Part shown: positions 24,701 through 36,304 of the stretch, one piece after another
How positions within the stretch are numbered: the stretch's first letter is position 1
Layout: the number at the start of each line of letters is the position of its first letter
Assembly (NCBI GenBank): GCA_000388065.2
Contig: KB932210.1
Reading direction: 5' to 3' (one strand)
DNA from: Fonticula alba ATCC 38817
Lineage: Eukaryota > Protista > Nucleariida
Length of the DNA stretch: 64,000 bases
Position numbers and translations under genes: made by a program
Notes under the pieces: generated by a model
Told to the model about the DNA's origin: nothing
Databases searched by the model: none
Seen by the model: the letters and a program-made list of their open reading frames with translations, nothing else

Positions 24701-27389
24701 NNNNNNNNNNNNNNNNNNNNNNNNNNNNNNNNNNNNNNNNNNNNNNNNNNNNNNNNNNNNNNNNNNNNNNNNNNNNNNNNNNNNNNNNNNNNNNNNNNNN
24801 NNNNNNNNNNNNNNNNNNNNNNNNNNNNNNNNNNNNNNNNNNNNNNNNNNNNNNNNNNNNNNNNNNNNNNNNNNNNNNNNNNNNNNNNNNNNNNNNNNNN
24901 NNNNNNNNNNNNNNNNNNNNNNNNNNNNNNNNNNNNNNNNNNNNNNNNNNNNNNNNNNNNNNNNNNNNNNNNNNNNNNNNNNNNNTGCCGCCAGTGCGCG
25001 GCGCACTGCTCCAGCTGCCCCGGGTCGCCGGACACCTGCGCCCTGTGCGAGCGCGGGTGGCTGCTGGCCGGCCCGGCCTGCGTGAGCTCCTGCCCGGCGG
25101 GGTCCCTGGCCACGGGCGGGGTGTGCACCACCTGCCACCCCTCCTGCGGCACATGCTACGGCTTCGAGCCGGGACACTGCCTGACGTGCGGTGCGGACGC
25201 CCCGCTCCTGGTGGACGGCCACTGCCTGGCCGCCTGCCCGGCCGGCACCTTCCAGAGCGAGCAGGCCTGCCAGCCATGCAGCTCGACCTGTGAGACATGC
25301 ACGGATTCCGGCCCCGGCGACTGCACCGCCTGCCCGGGGGACCGGGCTCTCATGGCCGGGCTCTGCGTGCTTACCTGCCCGACTGACCACTACATGGCCG
25401 ACGGGCCGGCCGCCGGGCGCGAGTGTCTGCCCTGCGATGGCTCGTGCGCCGGGTGCACCGGGCCCGGGGCCGATCAGTGCACGGCCTGCGCCGGCGCCGG
25501 CCGGCTGCACATGGGCACGTGCGTGGGTGTCTGCCCGGCCGGCACCTTCGGCTGCGGGGTCACGACGCAGTGCGAGCCCTGCGCCGAGCGCTGTGCCGAG
25601 TGCATGGTGCTCGTCGACACGCCCGACCTCGGGTGCACATCCTCGTGCCGGGCGTGCGAGGGCGGCTTCGTCCTGTCGTCCTCGACCGGGCAGTGCGATG
25701 CGGCCTGCGCGGCGGGGGAGTATGCGGCCGACGGGCACATCTGCGCCCCATGCGGCCCCCCCTGCCGGGCATGCTTCGGCGCGGCCGAGCACTGCACCTC
25801 GTGCGCGGACCCGGATGCCTGGCTGCATGCGGGCGATGGGATGTGCCTGAGCGCCTGTCCGGCTGGCGGGCTGGCCGCGGTCGAGTTCCCGGCCGCGGCG
25901 CCCCCCCTGCCAGGGCGGGTCTGCCTCGCTTGTCCGGCCGGCTGCGAGCGGTGCGCCGCCGGGCCAGGCACCCCGGCGTGTGCCTTCGGCCCGGACGGAG
26001 AGCTGTCCTGCCCGGTGGCCGACGTGTGCCTCGAGTGCGAGGCCGGCCTGCTGGTGCTGGGGGGTGCGTGTGTGGCCAGCTGCCCGGATGGGACATTCGC
26101 GGATCGCGACGCGCCGGCGCCGGCCTGCGCGCCCTGCCACGCCGGGTGCGACAGATGCACCGGGCCCGGGGAGGCGGACTGCACCGACGCAGCCAAGGGC
26201 CCAAGCGGACGGGGCCTTGCCCTGGCCCTGGGGCTTGGGCTTGGGCTGGGCATCCTGCTGCTGCTCCTGCTGGTCCTCTTGGCGCTATTCCTCCTGCGCC
26301 GGCGCCCCCGCCGGCCCGGGTCCAAGTCGCATCCGGCCGACGAGGATTGCACGATCCTCAACACCATGCTGGAGCTGTCCCTGCCGGGGACCATCCTGGT
26401 GAATGTCAGCACGGACTTCCACCGGCTGGACGGGGCCCTGGGCAGTGGGTCCCAGGCGTCGGTCTACGCGGCGCAGGCCATCGGGGCCGGCATTGCGGCC
26501 CGGCTGGGCTGCCCGGAGGTGGTGGCCATCAAGTCGCCGACCGCCGAGACCATGCTGCCGGTGCACTATGCCATGTTCCAGAACGAGGTGGCGCTGATGT
26601 GGCTGCTGCGCGACGCGCCGAATGTCGTCCGGCTGTACGGCTACAGCGACCAGCCGCCGGCCATCGTCATGGAGCGCTTCGACACGGACCTGGCCACGCT
26701 GCTGCACTCGGAGGTGCCACTGGCGCCGCACGTCCTGCTGGACATCTGCCAGCAGTGGGCCTCCGGGCTGGAGGCCATGCACGCGCAGGGGGTGGCCCAC
26801 CGGGACCTGAAGCCGGGCAACGTGTTTGCCAGCCAGCGCCCGGACGGCGGCTGGCGCGCGGCCCTCGGCGACCTGGGCACCTCGCGCAACCTCAGCACCG
26901 ACCGGTCCTCGGCCCTGGTGGCCGAAGTCCCGGACTTGAATGCCATGACCGTGTGCTATGCCGCGCCGGAGGTGATCAACGCCTTCCGGCGCGGGATCCT
27001 GCTGGAGCAGGACCTTCTCCTGCTGGCGGACATCTACAGCGCGGCCATCATGGCCTGGGAGTGTCTGGCCCGCGCGCGGCCCTTCGATGGTACGTCCGCC
27101 CGGCGGCTCGTCTTCCTCCTGCCCGGGGGCTGCTTCGCCGGCCCTGACATCCGTACCTGCTCGCCTGCCCGTCCGCCCGCCGTGCGACAAAGGCATGTGC
27201 CTGGAGGAGATCCTGGCCGCCGCGTCGGCCGGCACCCGGCCCAACCTGGCCGCCCTCCCCGCTGGACCGGGGCCGCAGCTCGTGGCCGACCTGCTGCCGG
27301 CCTGCTGGAGCCCCATCCCGGCCGGTCGGCCGCCGGCCGCGGCCCTCCGGCAGAAGTGCGCCGCCGCCCTGGCCCTGCACCATGGCTGA
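21733..27389 (+). CDS. RK4: receptor kinase, exon 2 onward (exon 1 probably RK3); lacks both TM-flanking introns
   Basis: Acceptor CCCAG at 21728-21732. Open frame through domain B, FU repeats (gap 24146-24985), TM LALALGLGLGLGILLLL and kinase HRDLKPGN. One intron 27090-27192 (GTACGT..AAAG). Last exon 27193-27389 (GMCLEEILAAASAGTRP...HHG*). Confidence 0.88.
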
Positions 27390-27490
27390 CGCCCGCGCCG
27401 CGTGTCGCCGTGTGCCCTCCCGGCCCTCTCTCCCCGGCCAGTATATACATGAAAAATATACAAGCATATACACGCGCGCCAAAAAGGGTC

Positions 27491-27564
27491 TGTCCGAACC
27501 AGGACTCGAACCTGGGACATTCTGTGTGTTAGACAGATATGATAACCATCTACATCATTCGGAC
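27491..27564 (-). tRNA. tRNA-Val(AAC): tRNA-Val (AAC), copy 3, ~100 bp downstream of the RK4 stop, convergent with RK4
   Basis: Identical tRNA body; shares only ~40 bp of 5' flank with copy 1; A5 (T5 terminator) at ~27480. Confidence 0.95.
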
Positions 27565-27981
27565 GCGGCGGATGGGACCCGGCCGCGCGCGAGGCCCTTT
27601 TTACCTGGCGGCCCACCCTGGTGCGCTGCCCGGCCGGCATTCGCTCGGGCTCGTCGCCGGCGCCGCCGGCGCGCCGGCCAGGCCGGACGCCGATCGCCCG
27701 GCACCCCGGCACATGTGGCCCCATCGCAGGAGTGTGGCCGGGCGCGGACCGGACGCCGCGCTCGTCGGACGACAGTCTGGCCCCGGCCGGGCTGCCGGCA
27801 CTTTGGCGCCGTCCGTGGCCGCCTCGCACACGGGCCGGGCATGGCCACCGGCCCCCGGGGAAGGGGCCGGCATCGCCTCCCCCGCCCCCCCTGACGCCGG
27901 CGGGCAAAGTACGAGGGCGGTTGGCGCGACGATTCCGTGCGTTGGCACTCTACCGCACGGTCGCCGGTGTGTTTCATGTGC

Positions 27982-28200
27982 CCGGTGAAACGCAGCGGTG
28001 TGATGCCTGGGTAGAATCGGGCAACGCGTGGATGAACGGTAATGTGTATATCTGGGCACAAAGGGAATATACAATAGGCAGCGATGCAGGCGCATCGGCG
28101 GACAGAGCAGGGGCCGCAGCCTTATATACCTAGGCTGCGGCACTCATACAAGCGTTGGTAGTAGTGGGGATCACGTGTCGTGTCACGAGCGGGGCATTTC
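27982..28200 (+). promoter_or_regulatory. Conserved upstream element, copy upstream of RK5
   Basis: Alignable with 51788-52002 and 60717-60895 (anchors TCGGGCAA, CAA(T/C)AGGCA, CAAGCGTTGG, CACGAG..GGGC.TT); perfect 10-bp hairpin 28113-28141. Confidence 0.6.
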
Positions 28201-28490
28201 ACCCGGCTGCAACGATGGCGACGCCCCCCCCCCGTTCCATGGTCGCCCAAAAAGGCGCTGCCTCTGGCCCTCGCCGGGGCCAGGGAGCTAATTCTTCGCC
28301 CCGCGACTCGCGCCCTCCTCTCGCGCCCTCCTCTCGCGCCCTCCCCTCGCGCCTCCTCTTCGAAACGCTCCTGGGCTGTTTCTTGCGCACTCGCTGCTTG
28401 TGTGGCCCCCGGCCGCGATACAACCACACCAAGACCCATCTGACAACACAATTATACCCGGTTCCCCGGGCCTGGCGCCGAGTGTCCGCC

Positions 28491-31400
28491 ATGCGCATGG
28501 CGTATCGCCGCCTGTGGCAGGTGCTCCTGCTGTGGGGTCTCCTGGCCGGGGGGGGGGGGCCGTCTCGGGCGCGGCGCGCCGCTGGCGCTGCCCGAAGCCG
28601 AGGTTAGCCTCTTCCGGTCGCTGTTTCCGGTGAACCTGCTCGCGGCCCCGCCACTCGGCCTGGCCTCCGAGCATATGGCCATGGTGCGGGGGCACCACCC
28701 TCCGGCGGTTGTCAGGATCTTCAAGGACCATCACATGGTGATCCACTATGCCAGCCCGGTCTCCTCGCGGCCGGTGGGCGAGCACCGCCTCGGGGGGCTG
28801 ATTTCCTCGTACTCCCCCCCCGGAGACCCTCGGCATCGAGGGGCTCCAGCCCAACTGGTCGCGCTTTCACTCGCAGCTGGTCCCCACCTCCGAGGGCAGC
28901 CCATTGGGCTGGGCCTACTCCAGCACCCACGGCCTGGCGCTTGCCAAGGTGTCCGGCCCGTGGCGGGTCTTCCCCAAGCCCAGCCTCCTGGGGGACGTCG
29001 TGGCCCTTCGGTCGGTGGGCCCCGACGAGGTCATGTATGTGGCCATGTCCCTGGGCACGACCAACGCGCTGGTGCTCGGCCGTGCCTCCCTGCAGGGGCT
29101 GTCCACCCCGGTGACGATTCCCGACCTGGGCGAGGGGCCCGCCCCGGTCCAGGCCCCGGCGCTGGCCCATGCCCCGGGGTTCTACCTGTGGGACGGGCCA
29201 TCGGCCACCATCCACCACGTGCAGCACCCCGCCCGGGATGCCCTGATGGTGGTGCAGTCGGTCACCCTGTCGGCTCCTGTGCGGGATGTGGTCCAACGGC
29301 GGGTGACCGCCGGCGGTGGCACCGTCGACCGGGTGGCCCTGCTGGCCGGGGGCCTGGTCGACATCTGTCGCGAGAGCCACACCCCGGGCACATGTATCCA
29401 CCACTGGCAGGTCCGCCTGCCGGCCGGCGTGCCGCCCGATGGCCAGCTCCTGGCCCCCGAGGCGCATTTGTCCCCGGTGCCCATCGGCTGGGTGGGGTAC
29501 ATTGCCATGGGGGCCGGCTCGACCGGCGCACCGCCGGCCCTTTGGCAGTTGCACTTCTCCAGTGGCTCGCCGGCGCGCCGGGTCCAGGTGCACATGCCTC
29601 ACAGCATCTCCTTCGGCCAGCTGCTGCCGGTGCTGGTCCCGGCCGGCGGGCCGGGCCTCACTTGGGGCCTGACGGAGCAGAGCCTCCTGCTGGCGTCCGA
29701 GGCGCTCGGCTGCGACGGCGCCGATCCGTCGATCGTTTGTGCCTGCAGCCTGGCTTTCTTGTTCTGTGGATACACGTGCGCCCAGGACCGGTTCACCTCG
29801 CCCCTCATGGCGCCGGGGCTCCTCTGCGGCGGGTGTGCCGCCCTTCACCAGCCCAAGGACCCGTGGTCGCTGGACGGTGCGACCTGGCTCTGGCCTCGCC
29901 CCCCGGTGGCGCGTCTCGCTTGCCACCCCCTCGACCTGCCTCTCTGACCTCGGCGCTCTGCCCACCATAACCGCCATGTTGCCGCGTCCGCCGCGGTCGC
30001 CGCCATGTGCGCGTGCCGCCATGTGCCCGTGCCGCCATGTGCCCGTGCTACCGGGCCCTTCGTCCTGCCGGCCCCGCCGTGTCCATGGGTCTCTCTCTCT
30101 GTGTGTGTATGTGCACGCGCGAACGCCCGGCCCCCGGGGCTCGCCGGTGGCCTTGTGTGCCCTGCCTCCTTGGTCTCACGGTGACCCGGCCGGCCGGTTG
30201 GCGACCCTCAATCTGCCCCGGTGCGCGGCTTCCGCCGGCCATGCCCTGGCCCTGCCACGGGCAGATCCCTGCGAGCCCTGCTCGGTGGACAACTGCGAGG
30301 TCTGCAGCGGCGACGAATGTCTCGTGTGCACCCAGCCGTTCCTGGCCCAGGTGGACCCGGCCACCGGGAAGTGGCAATGTGTGAGTGCCTGTGCATCGGG
30401 CTACTCGCAGGGGACCGGGCAGCGCTGCTCGCCGGACCCCTCCACCGCGGGGCTGGTGCTGGACGTCGCCCACGCCCGGCTGGAGCTGGACATGGCGCCC
30501 GGGCAGGCGGCCGCCGGCGGGTGGCACTTTGCCAGTACCCACCTCGCCCAGCACCCGGGCGGAACGCGACTGCTCGGCGCGGCTGCCAGTGCGGGGGACC
30601 TGGCCCGGCACCTGCTGGCCATCTCCCTGGCGTCGGATGGGCCGCCGCTGGCCGTCCAGCTGATCGGGGCCCGGGCCCAGGCCAGTGCCCTGTCCGCATG
30701 GCCGGCCGCCACCGGGCAGCCGACCTCCTATGTGGAGTTCCCGCCCAGGCCCCAGGCGAATGGGGACCCGCTTGGCGCGGCGGTGGCCTGCATCGGCGGC
30801 CGGCTGCATTGGTCTGTCCTCCGGTGCGCCGGCCCCCGGGGGGGGGATGGCTCGTGCGCGGCATCCATCGGCCCCTTTGTCCCGATCCCGGCCGAGGGGG
30901 CGCCCCGCGCGGCCGAGCCCCTGGCATGCGCATCGCTCCGGCGCCTGACCCCGGAGCATGTGACGGTCACCACCACCCCCGGCGGGGGACCCTGCTGCTG
31001 GTCTTCGACACGGGCGCCGAGCCGGCCGTGCGGGTGCTGCTCGCGCTGGAGTCGTGTCACACGCACCCGGCCATGGTGCGCCTGCCCCGGGAGCCGGCCG
31101 GCCCGGGGGCCACCCTGCTGGAGGACTTCCTCGTGGAGGCCGGCTCGACCTCCATCAGCCTCGTGCCCTTCTCGCTGCGCCGGAATGCGGATCCGCTGGC
31201 GGCCGGCTCCTTCCCGATGAGCACCCCGCTGAGCGGGCTGTGGATGCCCGTGGCCCTGGCAGCCGAGCCAGGTGCCGTGGGCCAGCAGGACCTGCTCGTG
31301 TCGACCATCTTGACGACGTCCGCCGGGGGGGCCGGGGGGCCTGGCACCGGGTCGGACATCCACCGGTGGATGGTCTACCACTCGGGCCTCGGGACCACCG

Positions 31401-34400
31401 GGTCCCAGCAGCGCACCATCAATGTGCCGATCATGGTCGAGGAGCTGGGCATCCTGCCGGAGGACCCGCCCAGCAAGTACCAGATCCGGGGGCTGAGCCT
31501 GGCCGAGCGCCGGGACCCGCGCTTCCCCGGGGCCCTGGTCCTGCTGACCGAGCGCCATGTGGGCCTGGCCCTGATGGAGTGCGCCCCGCGGCCGGGGCTG
31601 CGGCTGGCCGGCGCCGGGGGGTCCACCTCGCCGCCGGTGCGGGCGCTGTGTCGCATGCACCGGGCCCGGTTTACCCCCCACCCCGGGGGGGCCGGCCTTC
31701 CCCTGGCGCATGTGGCCGCGGTGCATGTGCTTCCGCCGGACTTCGCCCCGGACCGCCGGTCGCTGGCCCTCCTGCTGCCGGGGCTGCACGACGCGCCGGC
31801 CACCGTGCTGTTGGTCACGGCGGATGTCTGCCCGCCGGGGACCTTCCCGCCGGAGTGCGCCAGCTGCGCCGACCGGTGCGCAGCCTGCACCGGGCCGGCC
31901 CCGGGCGACTGCACCGGCTGCCGGCTGGCCGCGTTCGATGCGCCGGCCGCCTGCCTGGACGCCTGCCCGCCCGGGCTCGAGCCCGGCCCCGACAGCCTGT
32001 GCACCTGCATGCGAGGCTGCGCCGCCTGTGGGCCGGTCTCCGCCGGGCGGTATGCCTGCACCGGGTGCCAGGCGGCCCATGCCCCGCCGGCCGGGGTCCA
32101 GCACCCGGCAACATGCCTGCCGTGCGACAGGACGTGCGCCGAGTGCCGGGTCCCTGGCGACCCGGCGGCCTGCACCGGGTGTGCCCCGGGCAGGCACCTG
32201 CACCAGGGGGCCTGCCTGGACGCCTGCCCGCCGGACTTCTGGCCCGACGCGCAGGGCGCCTGCCGGCCATGCCCGGAGGGCTGCTCCAAGTGCGTCAACG
32301 AGGCCCATTGCGAGGTGTGCAAGCCGGGCTGGCACCAGAGCTCGCGCGTGTGTCTCCGCTGCCATGGCTCCTGTCAGACGTGCACCACGGCCGAGGCCTG
32401 TGACTCCTGCATGGCGGGCCTGGTGTTCCTGGACCCCCAGGCGCCCTCGCTGTGCGGCAGCACCTGCGCCCCCGGCGAGTATGCCGGCGCGGGCCGATGT
32501 GTCACATGCGATGGGTCTTGTGCCCTGTGCGACCAGGCGGCCGACCGGTGCCAGGTGTGTGCGGCCGGCTTCCGCTGGNNNNNNNNNNNNNNNNNNNNNN
32601 NNNNNNNNNNNNNNNNNNNNNNNNNNNNNNNNNNNNNNNNNNNNNNNNNNNNNNNNNNNNNNNNNNNNNNNNNNNNNNNNNNNNNNNNNNNNNNNNNNNN
32701 NNNNNNNNNNNNNNNNNNNNNNNNNNNNNNNNNNNNNNNNNNNNNNNNNNNNNNNNNNNNNNNNNNNNNNNNNNNNNNNNNNNNNNNNNNNNNNNNNNNN
32801 NNNNNNNNNNNNNNNNNNNNNNNNNNNNNNNNNNNNNNNNNNNNNNNNNNNNNNNNNNNNNNNNNNNNNNNNNNNNNNNNNNNNNNNNNNNNNNNNNNNN
32901 NNNNNNNNNNNNNNNNNNNNNNNNNNNNNNNNNNNNNNNNNNNNNNNNNNNNNNNNNNNNNNNNNNNNNNNNNNNNNNNNNNNNNNNNNNNNNNNNNNNN
33001 NNNNNNNNNNNNNNNNNNNNNNNNNNNNNNNNNNNNNNNNNNNNNNNNNNNNNNNNNNNNNNNNNNNNNNNNNNNNNNNNNNNNNNNNNNNNNNNNNNNN
33101 NNNNNNNNNNNNNNNNNNNNNNNNNNNNNNNNNNNNNNNNNNNNNNNNNNNNNNNNNNTGCCGCCAGTGCGCGGCGCACTGCTCCAGCTGCCCCGGGTCG
33201 CCGGACACCTGCGCCCTGTGCGAGCGCGGGTGGCTGCTGGCCGGCCCGGCCTGTGTCGACGAGTGCCCCGGCTCCTCGGTGGCCCTGGGCGGTCTGTGTG
33301 CCACCTGTCACGAGTCCTGCGGCACATGCTACGGCCCGGGGCCGGCGCACTGCCTGACGTGCGGTGCGGATGCCCCGCTCCTGGTGGACGGCCGCTGCCT
33401 GGCCGCCTGCCCGGCCGGCACCTTCCAGAGCGGAGAAACATGTCTGCCGTGCAGTCCGACCTGCGGTGCGTGCTCCGGGCCCGGGGCCGCTGAGTGCACG
33501 GCCTGCCCGGGGGACCGAGCCCTGCTTGACGGCGTCTGCGTGGTGTCCTGCTCGGAGGGGTATTTGACAAAGGACCATGGCACGGCCGGGCGCATGTGCG
33601 TGCCCTGCGATGGCTCGTGCGCCGGGTGCACCGGGCCCGGGGCCGATCAGTGCACGGCCTGCGCCGGCGCCGGCCGGCTGCACATGGGCACGTGTGTGGG
33701 TGTCTGCCCGGCTGGCACCTTCGGCTGCGGGGTCACGACGAAGTGCGAGCCCTGCGCCGAGCGCTGTGCCGAGTGCATGGTGCTCGTCGACACGCCCGAC
33801 CTCGGGTGCACATCCTCGTGCCGGGCGTGCGCGGCGGGCTTTGCCCTGTCCCCGTCGACCGGCGAGTGCGTTGCCGACTGCCCGGCCGGCGAGTACAGCG
33901 TGGGCCCCGGCACCTGCGCCCCATGCGGCCCCCCCTGCCGGGCATGCTTCGGCGCGGCCGAGCACTGCACCTCGTGCGCGGACCCGGGTGCCTGGCTGCA
34001 TGTGGACGCCGGGGCCTGTGTGAGCAGGTGCCCGGAGGAGCGAGCAGCACCAGTCGAGCGTGTGCATGCCTTGCCGCCGGTCCCGGCGCGGGTGTGCCTC
34101 GGCTGCCAGGCGGGGTGCTTGCGGTGCGCCGCCGGCGCCGGGCTGCCGGAGTGCGCCTTCGGCCCGGGCGGGGAGCTGTCCTGCCCGGTGGCCGACGTGT
34201 GCCTCGAGTGCGAGGCCGGCCTGCTGGTGCTGGGGGGTGCGTGTGTGGCCAGCTGCCCGGACGGGACGTTCGCGGATCGCGACGCGCCGGCGCCGGCCTG
34301 CGCGCCCTGCCACGTCGGGTGCGACAGATGCATCGGACCCGAGGAGGCAGACTGTCTCGCCAACAACTCTGGCAAGCGCCAGCTCGGTGCGCGGCGCCTG

Positions 34401-35876
34401 TTGCCCATTTGTGATGCCCCCCCCCCCTTGCTCGCCCGTCTGACGTGTGGCTCTCTGTGCAGCCCTTGGTCTAGGCATCGGCCTCGGGCTGTTGCTGCTC
34501 ATCCTCCTCGTGGCGCTTGTTCTTGTACTTTACCTTCGCCTCCGGCGTCAGCGGAGGCACTCGAGCAAGGTGCGTGCTAGTCTTTGCTCCCCGGTCTCCA
34601 GGAATGTCACTTACCCCACTCATGCAGACCCACGACGACGAGGACGCCACCGTGATGAACACCATGCTGGAGCTGTCCCTCCCGGGCAGCATCCTGGTCA
34701 GCATCGCCAGCGACTTCTCGCCGCTCAACGAGGAGGCACTGGGCGCCGGGACCCAGGCGTCGGTGTTCGCGGCGCGCGCCGTCGGGGCCGGCATCTCCGA
34801 CCGGCTGGGCTGCCCGGGCACCGTGGCCATCAAGCAGCTGAAGGCCGCGCGCATGACCCCGGNNNNNNNNNNNNNNNNNNNNNNNNNNNNNNNNNNNNNN
34901 NNNNNNNNNNNNNNNNNNNNNNNNNNNNNNNNNNNNNNNNNNNNNNNNNNNNNNNNNNNNNNNNNNNNNNNNNNNNNNNNNNNNNNNNNNNNNNNNNNNN
35001 NNNNNNNNNNNNNNNNNNNNNNNNNNNNNNNNNNNNNNNNNNNNNNNNNNNNNNNNNNNNNNNNNNNNNNNNNNNNNNNNNNNNNNNNNNNNNNNNNNNN
35101 NNNNNNNNNNNNNNNNNNNNNNNNNNNNNNNNNNNNNNNNNNNNNNNNNNNNNNNNNNNNNNNNNNNNNNNNNNNNNNNNNNNNNNNNNNNNNNNNNNNN
35201 NNNNNNNNNNNNNNNNNNNNNNNNNNNNNNNNNNNNNNNNNNNNNNNNNNNNNNNNNNNNNNNNNNNNNNNNNNNNNNNNNNNNNNNNNNNNNNNNNNNN
35301 NNNNNNNNNNNNNNNNNNNNNNNNNNNNNNNNNNNNNNNNNNNNNNNNNNCCAGCAGTGGGCCTCCGGGCTGGAGGCCATGCATGCGCAGGGGATCGCCC
35401 ACCGGGACCTGAAGCCGGGCAACGTTTTTGTCAGCCAGCGCCTGGACGGGGGCTGGCGCGCAGCCCTCGGCGATTTGGGCACCTCGCGCAACCTGAACAC
35501 CGACCGGTCGTCCACCCTCGTAAGCCAGGCGCCGGAGCTGAACGCCATGACGGCGCGGTACGCCGCCCCGGAGGTGCTGGCCGCCTTCCAGCGGAAGCGC
35601 CCGCTCGATCGCGAGCTCCTCCTCCCGGGGGACATCTACAGCGCGGCCGTCATGCTGTGGGAGTGCCTCACGCGCACGGTCCCCTGGGAGGGGTCCTTCT
35701 TCGATGAGATCGCCGCGCATGTGCTGGCCGGCGAGCGGCCGGCCATCTCCTTTGACGGGCCGCTGGCGGACCTGCTGCCGCTGGCGTGGGACGCCAACCC
35801 GCACGCCCGGCCACCGGCCGCCGCCCTCCGGCAGAAGGTCGCCATGACCGCCCTGATGGGTGCTAACCAGCCCTAG
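28491..35876 (+). pseudogene. RK5: receptor kinase paralog with three homopolymer-run frameshifts (pseudogene, slippage allele or consensus error)
   Basis: ATG 28491 (MRMAYRRLWQVLLLWGLLA). Frameshifts at G12 28548-28559 (+1), C8 28814-28821 (+1) and C5/G5 30976-30988 (-1). Introns 29877-30264, 34387-34462 and 34570-34627. TM exon 34463-34569; kinase ends TAG 35876; gaps 32579-33158 and 34863-35350. No in-frame stops seen once the frame is corrected. Confidence 0.7.
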
Positions 35877-36304
35877 AGCCGCCCAGCCGGGGACACCCAA
35901 TACACACAGATCGCCCGGGAGCGTGCTTCGGTGTACAAGGGTTGGCACCTCGGCCGGTCCATCTCCGCCCGCGGACAATTCGCCCTTCCGGCGCGGCTGC
36001 CGCGGGCCGGCGCATCCGTGTCTGTGTGTATAAGTGGTGGTGGCTCGCGGGGCTGGCGCTTGGACAGGTATTTGGAAAGGTAGCGAGGGCGGCCGCGGCC
36101 CGGATCCGGCCGACCTCGCCTATTTCTGCGCCCTTCCCGGCGGGGTTGTGCCCGGAGCATGTCCCGCAAAGTGCCCCCCCCCCCCCCCCCCGCGCTCCCC
36201 CTGCGCCTCCCCCCGTTCCGTGCCCTTTTCCACCTCCTCCACACGCCGCCCGGCCCTCGTTGCCGCGTGGCTGTTACCGTGTGCCGCCCCTGCAGCCGGG
36301 CAGG

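Noticed and set aside
28603-28715. Possible extra intron (GTTAGC donor) explaining the first RK5 frameshift
   Set aside because: The nearest plausible CAG acceptor (28715) gives the wrong phase; a one-base change in G12 restores a sensible protein and the 1384-nt exon length.
30001-30050. 16-bp x3 repeat CGCCATGTGC(C/G)CGTGC
   Set aside because: Short VNTR inside RK5 intron 1, with no evidence of function.
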